64,000 nucleotides of DNA from Octopus vulgaris (Eukaryota). A model generated the notes under the pieces. It was not told the origin of the DNA and searched no databases. It saw nothing but the letters and a program-made list of their open reading frames with translations. The stretch is taken from NCBI GenBank assembly GCA_951406725.2, contig OX597815.1:130014001-130078000 (forward strand), in the 5' to 3' direction. Numbering within the stretch: position 1 is the first letter of the stretch; every line of letters starts with the position of its first letter. Positions 1-14,300 of this stretch are shown piece by piece. Position numbers and translations under genes: made by a program.

Positions 1-791
1 ATTTCCTACTGTAAAGTTTCCAAAAATACCCAACTTAAGTAATGTAAGATGGAGTTTTCGAGCAATACTAGCTCTTTTAGAATTTATTTTTCTACCGGAG
101 AAAGGAGTCTTGCTTCTCAATGTTTGTCGATTCATCTCTTACAGCTGGGCGGATTTTTGGTTTACTGACCGAATGTTTAACGCACATGATTATCAGTAGT
201 TATGTGGTAGCCTGCAAGTTCATTGAACTCTGTAAAAAAACATTTGGAGACGGTAACCATAAAAACTGGAAATTCCCAGAACAAATCAGAATGTCGAACG
301 AGAAGTCAAGTGCCTTCAAGATCTTTATGATGTTTTTAAAAAGGAGAAACTTCAGCTTCGATTTATTTTATCTAACAAAACATATTAATTCTTTGTTATG
401 TTTAAAAATTTGCTAACATTCTGCACCCTTTTTCTTATACAGTTACTTAAAAATGGAATTAAATCTATAAAGTTAAAAATATGTATTGTTTTTAATTTTG
501 TATGTTATCGAATGCTTGTAGTAACTTCTGTCTTAGATTAGCCTAGTTTTGAACCTTTGCATACAGCAATTTCAATTCAGTAATCTTAAAAATGTATAAA
601 TACACTTTTATTCCACATCTCTCTTGCGTTTACAAGAATTTAGTAACTCCACTAGAGTGGACGCAAGTGCTAATATATGATTTATAAAAACATGTAACAT
701 ATTAATAAATATCTGTAAATATAAAACCATCCAGATTTCTGAGTACCTTATTTCTTCTAATATATACATACACACACACACATACACACAC

Positions 792-836
<45 letters not shown>

Positions 837-851
837 CATACGTACACACAC

Positions 852-920
<69 letters not shown>

Positions 921-1604
921 CATATGTTCACACACACACACATAATTGAAAATTTATTAATTTTCTCTGGTTTAGCTTTTCAATCTAACATCCTTAAGTT
1001 ATTCTTGAGTTAAACCTCTCGTAGAATTTCGTTGTTGATAGCTCTTGGCCGCGCTGAAGCTAATTTTCCTATTTTCATTCAAACGTTTTAAATCATGATG
1101 GATTTGTCATGCTTTCTTATTTCATTTTATTTTATTCCTCTAATGAATTAATTGCGTTGACTGCTCTGCTTTCAAGAAAATTAATTGAATATGTTCATGA
1201 GTTTTCTGAATTGCCACAGAGTATTTAGAATGCTATTTAAACGTTGTTTTGAAATGCGCAACGGTGTTAAGATGAAGATGAATGTCAGTGATATCGAAAT
1301 TGAAGTAGATTTCAAGTTTTTCTTTTTTTAAAAAAAGAAAGAAAGAAAAAATGGAAAATACATTGTAAACGTTCTGAAAAATAAGAGAAGCAAAATAATA
1401 AAAGAAGCGAAAATAACAATAACAAAAAAAAAAAAAGAAAAAATCTCAGAAAACACGTCAATAGAAGTAGTGACATTTTTTTCAAAAGAAATCATCACAT
1501 TATAAAGGGTAGTTATTTAAAAAGCTTAAAAGCTTAGCCGTCACTCACAAGTGAGTATAAATCCGGTAGATGGCACTACGCTTTCACTAGTTGTTTTAGG
1601 TACC

Positions 1605-1639
<35 letters not shown>

Positions 1640-3532
1640 ACACTTACACTCTTGACCCCGCGGAACACTGAGGATGTGACAGCTGGAAGAAGGGAGAGAG
1701 AGGGAGGGGGAAGGAGAAAAAGAGAGAAGAGGGTCCTAGTAGTAGACTCTATTTCAGTTGAATAGATTGAAGGAACATAAAATAAAGTGCTTTACTTAAA
1801 GGCACAACACGCATCCTGGTTTAGGAATCGAACCTAGCACCTTACGATTATGAGTTGAGCACCCTAATTACTAGGCTACGATCATTCGCAATGGTGGTCA
1901 TTTACTTAATAGATTAGCCTGTACCTACATGGAAACACTAATAAACACTTGTGTGCACACGTGAAGTCTTTCAGGCGAGAAGAACACTAAATAATGTAGT
2001 CCTATATATATTGTGTCTAAACAAACGTCAGCTTGTTGGTATAATCATCCCAGCTTGAGTGCTTTTAATAAGGTGTTCGTCGACTCAGGGGTGAGTCAGC
2101 GTTTAACTATAACAACAATTTCATTTACTAGACTACATCTCGAAAATGCTAAAGATAGATAAGCTGGATGGGTGGGAGGAACAATAGACAGACAGAAAAA
2201 TAGACAGAAAGATAAATAGATGGGAAGACAGAGTAGGTGGATGGGTGGGAGGAATGATAGATAGAAGAGTATATATAAGGGCCAACGGGAAGGTGGACAG
2301 GACACTGCTTTTGGAGGACTTGATGTATTTTCAGGCGCAAATCTATCTTTATTGCCTTGAATTGATCTATCAATGACTTTTGGTTTGTCGTGAAACTATC
2401 ACTCTTTTGCTACGAAGCACTATCACTCTTTTGCTACGAATTTACCCTTCAAGCTGTAGTACATGTACTCCCCCTCACACACACATACACACACATACAT
2501 ACACATGTGTGTGATATTTAATGTATTTATATGTGTTATTAAACGCTGTGAAGGTGTGATACTTCGTGTAAGGGAAACCTCTTTAGAGACATATTGTATT
2601 TCCAAACACAGCACATCTCAAAGCTAGGCGGAAGGAAATCGGCCCTGAAGTTAAAAAGAGTGACAGATATCGATATTTCGCAGTCATTTCTAGTCTTTAG
2701 CACCATACACTCATCCACCTCCGAAGCGACCTGAGTCGCCCTGCAAGATTATCATAGGAATGAGTTTACCGAACTATTAAAGAGCTATTTGATTAGTTCC
2801 CACTAATAAACCTCATCAATCAATTTTATAGTTCCTTTTCAACGATTGCCCAAAACTGAACATAACATCGTTATTATTAAATTTTTTGAGCTCAAATCCC
2901 GCCGAAGCCAACACTGCCTTACATCCTTTCAAGTTCAATAATAAAGTGTTAGTCAAGTACTGGCTTCGATGCAATCGACGTCCTCCTCCCCTCAGCATTA
3001 CTGCCTTTAGAAATTTAGAGAAAATTCGTATACTGTTTTGCTGTTCTTTTTAGTTACTCTCATTTACACTGTGAGCTCAAATTACACCAGGCTAGTTTTT
3101 GACCAGCAACCTTCCAGGGCCGATTACATAAAATTACTGTGTGCAATGTAATTGACTTAACCGTGCACTCCGAATTAATTAACTCGTGTCAGTATGTGAA
3201 AACTCGTTGAACTCTGAAGAGTGATGAGCCTCTCTATTAAGAAGCTGCCAAAATAATCTTTTTAAGTTCCTGAATTTTTATCTCATCGTTGTCGACTTTG
3301 TTTTTAATCTCTCAACTACTGGTTTTGACATTCCTCATCTCAGATTTGTAGATGTACCTGTCTTTTACCATACTATAGTGTGAAAGTTCATATCAAGAAA
3401 CTCTCAGATTCTCTCGCATTATGTAACTACGCTACATACTCGTGCGCGCAGATAAGTAGATGTAATATATATGTGTGTATCTGTGTGTGTTATAGATATA
3501 TATGTATACAGAATATTTATATATATTTTATA

Positions 3533-3692
3533 GGCGTGAGAGTGGCTGTGTGGTAAGTAACTTGCTTACCAACCATATGGTTCCAGGTTAGTCCCACTGC
3601 GTGGCACCTTGGCCAAGTGTCTCTACTATAACCTCGGGCCGACCAAAGCCTTGTGAGTGGATTTGGTAGACGGAAACTGAAAGAAGCTTGTC

Positions 3693-3746
<54 letters not shown>

Positions 3747-3980
3747 ATGTATGTGGGTGTGTATATGTTTGTGCGTCTGTATTTATTCCTCCAGCATCGC
3801 TTGACAAGCGATGCTGGCGTTTTCACATCCCCGTATCTTAGCAGTTCGGCGAAAGGGACCGATAGAATAAGTACTAGGTTTACAAAGAATATGTCGTGGG
3901 GTCGATTTGCTCGACTAAGGGCGGTGCTCCAGCATGGCCACAGTCAAATGACTCAAACAAATAAAACAATGAAAGAATAT
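3533..3980 (+). mobile_element. SINE family A (tRNA-like head, internal (TA)n/(TG)n, LINE-like tail)
   Basis: A-box-like gtggctgtgtggtaag and B-box-like ggttcagtccc. Tail ggcggtgctccagcatggcc.cagtcaaatgactgaaac. Many copies in the window. Confidence 0.88.
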
Positions 3981-3986
3981 AGTATA

Positions 3987-4062
<76 letters not shown>

Positions 4063-4076
4063 GTCTGTCTGTGTGC

Positions 4077-4114
<38 letters not shown>

Positions 4115-5187
4115 ATATATACGCATGCCAGACGTCCTCTTCCATTGTAATTTACAGAAAGAATATTCGAACCAAATATAAGAAACACAAACCATCAGTC
4201 AAAGCTCAAAATATTTAGGTTTCTCAGTTAGACCGTGCTTCAGCTTTGATAAAACAAGTACCAGTCATATAATGAAGTCAATTCAAACGACGACAAACCT
4301 ACTTCTGTAAATGTATGCCGTTGCGCTAATCTAAGAAATTGATATTACTTCACAAGAGAGATTAGTATTAAACATTCTCATTATAAATGTTATAAAGTGA
4401 TATTTTAGGAAACTACAATTAAAGTTTCATAGTCAGCTTTGAATGACAAATGATTAAAGAGCACTGTAGTGGATACAATTCCTTCAGAAAGTTAACAAAG
4501 AAGCTTTCATGGCAAATGGACAAAATTTGGTTTAATGTTTATTCATTATGTGTATCACATATCGTTAGTGATTCGTGACTAATCCAATAACCCCAAGAAT
4601 ACAACTATCAAGGCGAAAATATTCGCTTCTCACAAAACAGTGAAATACTTTTTAATACTACAGGTTCTGTGTTACCACTACGCCCACTAATGCTCGGAAA
4701 TAGTACATAAGGCAAGACTACTCATTAGCAGACTGACTTCAGAAACGTAGACGTTTATCACGTGATACACACATAAGCCGTACTTGAAGCTGGATTAGAT
4801 TGCTAAGGGAAAAATCTTTACGACATAAATATTAATGATGGAAATGCCAGCTGTTAAATTTCCTTTTTCCTTTGTAGAGACTGCATTATGGGTCATGGAA
4901 AAGTGCATAATAGATATATTCATATAATGAATACTCTCAGACACAGAGAGATTGACAGAGAGACACACTTATGACTTCAGCCTACGAGGCTGTTATTCAA
5001 AGAAAAATGCTGCTTAATATAACGTGTTTATTTTGTCTCATAGATTTTGTCTCATATATTCATCACAACATTTACATAGACGAAAGTTTTGCAAACATCT
5101 GGAAATAAATTAATTAGTTTTGAAAGATATTTCAAACGATTATTACGAAAGATTATCATACATTTTGATAGAAGATTATATATATAT

Positions 5188-5428
5188 ATTTCGTTTTTGG
5201 ATATGGTTTGCAAGATTCTTTATATGAGTTTGTGTGTTGAAGCATATTCTGTTGTATCTGGGGAGAGTCATTTTCTTTTTGTGCCTTACTCACCGGTAAA
5301 AGTTCCACTTATTTCTTATTTTTATTTTCCTAAAATTTTCGTTGCGTCTTGCAACCTTTTCAATAGTCTTGACTGTCCGTTATTTACACTGCGTTCCTTT
5401 TTGTTTGTTTGTGCGCATTTGTGGCAGT

Positions 5429-5469
<41 letters not shown>

Positions 5470-5772
5470 TGCGTGTGTGTGTGTGTGTGTGTATGCCTAT
5501 GCCTATGCATGCATGTACGTATGTATGTGTGTATACATATATACGTACATGCATGCATGCATGCATAGGCATAGACACACACACTGACCCACACACATAC
5601 GCACAAACAAACAAAAAGGAACGCAGTGTAAATAACGGACAGTCAAGACTATTGAAAAGGTTGCAAGATGTAACGAAAATTTTAGGAAAATAAAAATAAG
5701 AAATAAGTGGAAATTATACCGGTGAGTGTGTTACAAGGCACAAAAAGAAAATGACCCTCCAGGCACAACATT
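5188..5772. mobile_element. Fold-back Penelope-type terminal-repeat element with two opposed U3-A8 hammerhead-like motifs
   Basis: Arms 5250-5440 and 5575-5770 are near-perfect reverse complements around a (TG)n spacer. Motif cta TTGAAAA g gttgc-aagac-gcaac GAAAA TTT tag. (TA)n flanks. Confidence 0.8.
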
Positions 5773-5787
5773 ATATATATATATATA

Positions 5788-5851
<64 letters not shown>

Positions 5852-6188
5852 AAGATCTTACGCTGGAAGAGCTCTTTGGAACCGAGGTGTTTCAAAACGA
5901 CTCGTCAAGGATCTCTGCCCTCAGTTTCGTCTTCAATTTCATATTGTGATGGACACTAGTCACTGTAGTTGAGTAGTCTTCGTCCTCTATCAGAGTCCAG
6001 AAGTCGCTAAAATATTACATTTTATATGGCCTAGTGTTTATCATGATAGTAGTGGCCGACAAGGTCTATCATGTATTGAGAAACAATACAGGATAGGCTT
6101 TGCCGGTCACTACATATCATACAATAGAAGGAATGAGCAATACATCTCATTCCTTTCACTGAAATTCCCTTATCAATTACTTATTCCC

Positions 6189-6390
6189 AACGCAGTAACA
6201 ATACTACTCTCTCTCTCCCTTTGTCTTCCTCTCCACTCTCCGGCAAAAAGCAAGAGCAAACAGACTGTTCACTCTTCTCGAAAATTGTAGACACACACAC
6301 ACACGCGCGCGCGCGCATCACACACGTATACCTGCATGGAGCGGTCAACAAACTTTGAAACGGTGCGTTGGGAGTCTCTCCCGTCTTTTT
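6189..6390 (+). repeat. Local dispersed direct duplication (partner 7831-7955)
   Basis: aacgcagtaacaat.ctactctctctctc...acacacgta...atggagcggtcaacaaacttt.aaacggt.cgt.gggagtctc occurs at both positions. Confidence 0.75.
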
Positions 6391-7313
6391 TTAGACAAAG
6401 AATACAGAAATTGCACACACACACATAAGCATGCACGTATACACACGCAAACATAGGTACGAAGTGTCTAAAAATTTCCTCCTTAGTCATGTACTGACAC
6501 CATATGTTTTGATGTCTTTAGCTTTGAGGGTAAGTTTTAAACTCGTTCTTCACAGCTCAGCTTTCAGCTCTATAGAAAAGGATGCTTTCTATAGACTGAA
6601 GAAGTGTGGCTTTGTTGACTTTGAAATACTGTATTGACAGATATTTTGAAGCTTAATACAGGCACAGTAGTCTTGTCTCTTTGCCTGTCAGAAAGTCTTT
6701 CTTACTGAAGGTGCCAATAGGTGGGTTGAACTCTGTATTAGTTGTCTTCTTACATTTGACAGCCCCATTCATAACATTCCTCCATCCTTTCTTTCTAAAT
6801 ACAAAATCAATTATTGCACAGATTAGATATTTGTTTCGGATAATTGTAATGTTGAAGAATAAATGATAGCCTACACAACTGTAAACCGAATAATAAGGAC
6901 GAAGCCGCTGTAAATGTCTAAAATATATCGATTTTCAAGGCTAATAGTCATGCTGAGAGATATCTGTAAAAGTTTGCAAATGTTCAGTAGCTATAAAGTC
7001 TTTACATATCTTAGATATCTGTAACAACGTCCTGAGCCTCGAAACAGGTAAGCAATAAACTTAACTCGCACAGCAACTTCACTGACTCGGACAGCGTTGT
7101 TAACCTACGTTATGGCTTATCTTCAGTTTTTGAACCTCCGCACTACTAGGAATGAATGTATGCTTGAACTTCCTCAGAATCTATTTCCCTTTTCATTCCG
7201 TTCTCTTAAGCGTTTATTTTCCTTCCAATAAATTCTATAAATTACGAATATTCTTTATCTACCAGGTGTATAGGTATACAGGCGCACATATAAGCTTAAG
7301 TGAGTGCCCTTAA

Positions 7314-7530
7314 GACGACGAGCTGGCAGAATCGTTAGCGCGCTGGACGAAATGCCTTGTGGTATTTCGCCCGTCGCTACGTTCTGAGCTCAAATTCCGC
7401 CGAGGTCGACTTTACTTTTCATCTTTTAGGGGTCGATAAAATAAGTACCAGTTGAACACTGGGCTCGATGTAATCGACTCATTCCCTCCCCGAAAGTTGC
7501 TGCTCTTGTGACAAAATTTGAAATCATTAT
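7314..7530 (+). mobile_element. SINE family B with a 15-bp TSD
   Basis: gagctggcagaatcgttagc head and a gaggtcgacttt.c.tttcatc.ttt.ggggtcgataaa core. TSD agtgagtgcccttaa at 7299-7313 and 7531-7545. Confidence 0.9.
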
Positions 7531-7845
7531 AGTGAGTGCCCTTAATAACTAAATATTTTTCTATGTACACTGCCTCTTAATCTTCGCTTCCAAACTTACC
7601 GTTTCCCACCTTTTCTCCCGTTTCTTTCAACTCCTCAGCTTTCCTTTTTACCTTACTTAAAGATGGACTATGCTACCGTTTCATCTTCAATTATTTGTTT
7701 CTTCCTATTTCATTCACGTTGCATTCCAGGCTTCTGACCTTCTCATACATTACTTCCTCCCTTCCTTGCCTTTACCGTTTTCCACATCTGATTCTTTCCC
7801 CTGAAATTCTTTCCTCAATTACTTACTTCTAACGCAGTAACAATC

Positions 7846-7884
<39 letters not shown>

Positions 7885-9151
7885 TACACACACGTACATG
7901 TATGGAGCGGTCAACAAACTTTTAAACGGTCCGTCGGGAGTCTCCGTCATCTTTCCACTCATCGAAATCGTAGAAGCAATATATTTACGTCACAACAATG
8001 GCTTCTTAATATTTATATTTATTTCGCTGCTTCCCATTCACATTGGGTTGTACATAAAACATATATTGTTTAATCAATGACAAGCAGGTGAAAGCTTAAA
8101 TACGCAAATAAAGCTATACACTACTGCCATAGCTTAATTCATTAACAGTTTGTGTATGTTGAGTGAATATTCTTGGACTCAATGTATGGGAAATGTGAAG
8201 GCGTATGTATGTGGCTAAGGTCTTTGATGAAGGGTTATATAAAATATCCCGAAAACAGCTGGAAGACCTCTTTATAAGTGTTCTGAAAAATATTAACCGT
8301 CTTGGATTTTTTTATCTGTAAATTTTTATATATGTAGATGCTAATAGACGACCTACGTTGAACTCCTCATTCGTATCATTATCGAACCTGGAGCTTAACT
8401 ATAGTCGGTCCATAGCACTTACTCAGCATTACCTGACACCTTTAGGTCTTCTTGACACCAATTCCTCCCATACCCTATATATATACACACACACAATTCA
8501 TATATATTGTTGCACTCATATATACATACTACTCTGCCATCAAGTTCCACAAAATAGTTCATCATCACTGCCATACTTATTTCTATGAAATTATCCGTCG
8601 CCATTCTCTCCCCCTTAATTACCAAACAAGAGGTATTGCTGACTTGAATCTTGAAACGCTCTTTTGTCGAGTATCAATTAGTCAAAAAAGCTTTATTTAT
8701 AACAGTATTAGTATATAGAATAATATTTTACCACGAACGCTAAAACCAGTTTTCGCTGTCAGATTTCAAAAAAATAATTAAAAACCCACCTTCTGCTGAA
8801 CCAAGCTCATTTATAAACTTTATTTTATAGACCTACAGTATTTATAACATTCGTAATATTTTTTATTTCCAGACTTAAAGAGATTTACTTTTTATATACG
8901 TTTTTGACTGCCTTGCTTGCATGCAAAGAATGTTTCTTTCTTTTTTAATAATTATTGACCTTTTTATTTTTTATTTTTTGACCTCCTACCAACTTGCCCA
9001 AATCAGCCATGCAGCCAAAGGGCTTTATCCGATTTTTTAGGAAATTTCTGAAAAAAGTTTTTTGTAATCTTTACTGATTGTAATCGGTAAAAAAATATTC
9101 GATGTAAATTGGATTAATAAATTTATTTATTATTTATCATTATTTATTACT

Positions 9152-9546
9152 AAGGCGGCGAGCTAGCAGAAACGTTAGCAGTCTGGGAGAAATGCTTTGC
9201 GGTATTTTGTCTGCCGTTACGTTCTGAGTTCAAGTTCCGCGAGGTCGACTTTGCCTTTCATCCTTTCGGGGTCGATAAATTAGGTACCAGTTACGCACTG
9301 GGGTCGATATAATCGACTTAATCCGTTTGTCTGTCCTTCTTTGTCCTCTCTGTGTTTAGCCCCTTGTGGGTAGTAAAGAAATAGGTGTTTCGTCTGTCTT
9401 TACGTTCTGAGTTCACATTCCCCTGAGGTCGAATTTACCTTTCGCGTTCGATAAATTAAGTACCAGTTGCGTACTGGGATCGGTCTAATCGACTGGCCCC
9501 CCCTCCCCCAAAATTTCGGGCGTTGTACCTAGAGTAGAAACGATTA
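9152..9546 (+). mobile_element. SINE family B, dimeric/tandem copy
   Basis: The core ttacgttctgagttca...gaggtcga...gataaatta.gtaccagtt occurs twice. tatttattact flanks both ends. Confidence 0.88.
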
Positions 9547-10914
9547 GTATTTATTACTACTGTAAGGTCGTGGTTTCGGTTTGTGGACCGGGCGGTGTGT
9601 TGTGTTTTCGAGCAAAATACTTCATTTCACGTTGCTCCAGTCCACTGTAAATGAGTAATCCTGTGATGGCCTGGGATCCCTTTTAAGGGTAATGTTGTAA
9701 TTTTGGTCTCTTATACGCCATAGAAACCAAGTAACGGACCTTGTGAATCCTCGGATTCAAGGCAGTGATGTCCAGGGGTTGATGATCATCTATATGGACA
9801 CCTATACTCGTACGTCCTTGTAATTGAGTATTTATGTGTATATGTGTTTGTGTTTCTGTGAATATACGTGTGCGTATGGGTACATAAACTGGGGAAAGAA
9901 ATTTTGTACGTTTCCTCTGAAGAGCGCTCAGCAAATTGGGAAACGGTCCAACAGGAAATTTCACTCTCTTTTTCCACACATCAAAAGCATAAAAGGAATC
10001 TGTTTACAATCTTATAGATTGTAAACGTCATGGCTTCCTAGTGTTGGAGTTATTTAAATTTATTTTAGTCTTTCAGAGTCCCGTTGTGTTATGCATTATC
10101 TGTCTGTTTGTCTTTTTGCCTGTCCGCCTGTCAGTCTGTCTTTGTCTGTCTTTGCCTCTCTCTCTCTCTCTTTACCCCTTTCTCTCTATATATATATGTA
10201 TATGTGTGTGTGTGTGTGTGTGTGAGTGTGTGTGTGTGTGATTCTTATCATCGACAGCACCAACTTCGTCTTCATCATTATTCTCATGCTCACAATCTAC
10301 ACACAAACGTACACGTATGTCCATACACACACAAACACACACGCAGACATACACATATATACACACATACAGAAACACACAAGTGAAGACATTTCCATAT
10401 TCACTGGATTCTATCATGAAACGAAGAAAACGATATTTTGTGAAGTCAGTTTTAGTGATGACAGGAAAACAAAATCCAAGGACAAAGGCTGTAGAAAATG
10501 AGATTTCATTTAAATAACTTGTATCTCATGGCCATTTACACAGCAAACGAAATAAGAGTAATATTAATGTTGCTTTTTTTTGGTTTTGGTTTTGGGTTTC
10601 TTCCACGAGAATACCAAAGTTGATGACAGAATATGAGATTTCACTGAGAATTGTGTTTATAAAGCACATTCTATAAATCATTTGCAACTAAATTCTGTTC
10701 TGCTTTTTGTACATTGTTTTGTCGTATTTAGTTATTTATTTCGTTCAGTCTTTACGATCAGATTCTATTAACTTTCTCCATATTGTTTCAAGTCAATAAA
10801 TTTACGAGTTTAGGCCATCATAGCCAATCCGACACGAATACACATGAGCACATACACACACACCCTCGTACACACATAGGCATATATATAAAGGGAAACA
10901 GGTATACATCCATC

Positions 10915-10974
<60 letters not shown>

Positions 10975-11146
10975 TATGTATATATATATATGTATGTGTG
11001 TGTGTGTGTGTGTATGTGTGTGTGTTTGACAACACTACCATCAGGTCAGGTTGAAGGCTGTTTATTACTCCGTCCCCTCCTTCCACTCGTAGGAGCTCTG
11101 TAAAGGAATATGAACATTGCCTTCCCTCCTGATAGATAAAAAATAG

Positions 11147-11149
<3 letters not shown>

Positions 11150-11179
<30 letters not shown>

Positions 11180-11326
11180 TGTATGTATGTATGTATGTAT
11201 GTATGTATGTATGTATGTATGTATGTATGTATGTATGTATGTATGTATGTATGAATGTATGAATGTATGTATGTATGTATGTATGTATGTATGTATGTAT
11301 GTATGTATGTATGTATGTATGTATGT
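11150..11326. repeat. (TATG)n microsatellite
   Basis: Direct read. Similar arrays at 14860-14996, 15306-15352, 53733-53800, 57420-57566 and 59090-59240. Confidence 0.97.
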
Positions 11327-14300
11327 CATTATTCAGTTTTATTTCAAGATTTCTTGCCAATAAAGAAAGAGCCAGTTTCTAACCTAGATCCAAGTCCCCT
11401 TCATTTGAAATTTCAACAACATCAACAGGTTTTTTTGTATGTATGCTTGTCATTGTTGAGTTTTATTTCAAGATTTCTCTCCAATAGAGAAAGAGCCAGT
11501 TTCTAACCTTGATCTAAGGCTCCTTCATTGGAATTTCATCAACAACAAGGTATTTTGTTTGTATGTATATGTGCAGATTTGTATGTTTTTCTTTATGTTC
11601 TCATGCATATAGTTGCATATCTAGACATGCTCATGTGTATTTAAATGATAAACTTCTGGAAAGTTTTACAGATTCTTACAGTTCCTGTGATGGATTCGAT
11701 CTGTAGTCTTCGAATTAGCTTTCTTCTTTCTGGTTTTGAGAAGCCTAATTTCTCAAGATTGGTATTTAGGTAGTGTATTACATATCCCAGAGCTCCAATA
11801 ATTACAGGTATAAACCTGAACTTGTAATCTGGATAGAGCTTATGCAGATTTCTCAATAGTTCAGCATAGGTATCCTCTTTTTTACTGATCTTCAGCTTTA
11901 TGCTAACATCCGCTGGGAAGCTAATTTCCACAACATAGGCGCAAGAGTGGCTGTGTGGTAAGTAGCTTGCTAACCAACCACATGGTTCCGGGTTCAGTCC
12001 CACTGCGTGGCATCTTGGGCAAGTGTCTTCTGCTATAGCCCCGGGCCGACCAATGTCTTGTGAGTGGATTTGGTAGACGGAAACTGAAAGAAGCCTGTCG
12101 TATATATGTATATATGTATATATATATGTATGTGTGTGTGTGTGTTTGTGTGTCTGTGTTTGTCCCCCTAGCATTGCTTGACAACCGATGCTGGTGTGTT
12201 TACGTCCCCGTCACTAGCGGTTCGGCAAAAGAGACCGATAAAATAAGTACTGGGCTTACAAAGAATAAGTCCCTAGGTCGATTTGATCGACTAAAGGCGG
12301 TGCTCCAGCATGGCCGCAGTCAAATGACTGAAACAAGTAAAAGAGTAAAAGAGTAAAAGAGTAACTGTACAAAGTTTCTCTTCTCTATCCCAAATTATTA
12401 TAGCAGATCTGTTGTAGTTACATTTTATTGAGGTCTTCACTGGGATATTCCACTAGTACTCCTTTTTATTATGAGTAGCTATGGATTCTACCATACTATA
12501 AGTTTTATTTCTTTATCTTCGGGGTTATCCTTTCGACGGATTTCGTTATAGAGTGTCCTAGCTACAACGTCATGTTTCATCGGTAGATAATACCGTGATG
12601 ACAACTGCTTATGATGTGGGTGATATCTTCGGTGTTAACTCCACAAAGTCTGTATCGGTTGTCGCATTTTACTGCTTTTCCTGCATTTCTATCCCTTTTA
12701 TGCATCAGGTACTTGGTTGATATCTCCTGTTCCTGGATTGCAAACGCATACCCTTCAAAGTGGGAGGTAGTAATCTGGTTACTGGTCCATGATAGACTGC
12801 TTCCATGATCAATGTTACTATCATCTCGGAGCTTTCTACTAACATATCCATGCATAGTCATATAGTCTCATCCTTTCATCTGATGATACGTTGCGGTAGA
12901 GTCGTGCGACTTCTTTGGGCATGTATTCTAGGTTATCAGACAAAGAATGTTGCTCAAGGAGCTGCCTTCCACGTCTAATGATGTTATCAGCTTCATGTAT
13001 GCAAACTTGGTCAAGTGATGCACATCGACACTTGGTGATTAAAGGATGTTGCCGAACGGAAATGATACGACATTGAAAGGCATTTTGGATTGATGTTAAG
13101 CCTCTGTCACCTTGTTTACGTTTTAGGTAGGGGTGATTTACGTCACTGTTTATATGGAAATTATGTGTGCGTGTTAGTATTTTTCGGGTTTTCACATCAA
13201 TGGCTTGGTCTCATTAAGCGTCCAATCAAGCAACCCAAATGTTGGTATGAGTACTGGCACCGAAAACACATTATGGGTCCCTGTTTTATTGAATGCAGAG
13301 AGTTCTGAGGTCCAAAGTTTCTTTATTCGGCTTTGATATTCTTTAGTGACACGTGTTTTGTTACAGGTGCCATTGTAAGATTTGTTTTCACCTACCCTTA
13401 GATACTTGTAAAATTCCTCGTCAGACATGGGGTAAACAGTCTGATCATTGCTGAAGATGTTACTAACCTGGTTTACAGTTTTCCTCCTTTTCACAACCAT
13501 ATAACAACATTTATCCTGCAACCCTACATCCTTTGAAAATGTTGTAACTTGGTCAATGCTCTTTTTCATTTCGTGCATATTCTTTGCATAAAGTTTCAAG
13601 TCATCCACAAAGAAACAGTGTGTGATTTTGGTATTTCTGTTTTCTTCTGAACCAGTGAGATATCATTCAGACTCCTTTAACATGAATGACAAGGGGTTTA
13701 CATAAAGTATAAACAACATCGCAGAGAGGCTGTCCCCTTGGAATATACCTTTACGATACTATATTCTATCAGTGATAATACACTCACTCGTGTTTAATTT
13801 CAAGATGGTGGCCCACGATGATGTCAGGTCAATTATAGCTTTGACTATGATCACTGGAACTTTAGCAAGTTGAAGGGCTTCTAGCAGCCATGAGTGGGGA
13901 ACAAAGTCAAAGGTTTCCTTGTAGTCAAGCTACATTGAAACTAGGTTTCTCCTGTACTCTCGTACCTCTGACGTCTCAGTTTTGTTGATTAACAATTGTT
14001 CGACACATCCCCAGACTCCCTTCATCTCAGCTACTTCTGCTGTGATGATGTTACTAGTTTCACCATGGCCCATGGTTATACATTAAGTTCTGGCATGCAA
14101 TTGGCCGGTAGGTTTTTGCCATGTGAGTAGTTCTGCATTTGGGGATCAATTTTGTCTCTGCCAGAGCTAACCAATGTGGTATGCTACTGTTCCCATTGAG
14201 AGCTTGCTGGTACAAATTGATAAGATATGGTCAGTAGAAGGTTAGCTGCTTGTACCAATATCCAACAACCAAGTCTCTTCCAGGTGCTTGTTTATAGATT

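Noticed and set aside
3533-3600. tRNA-like A/B boxes
   Set aside because: These are SINE heads with a fixed downstream body and tail, and no complete cloverleaf.
5853-5912. Possible hammerhead gatctt..ctggaaga..aaaacgactcgtc aaggatc
   Set aside because: Both core halves are mismatched and stem II is weak, so it is too degenerate to call.
11641-12174. 177-aa ORF that looks like a novel fusion protein
   Set aside because: Chance read-through from an antisense SINE into the C-terminus of the degraded LINE.
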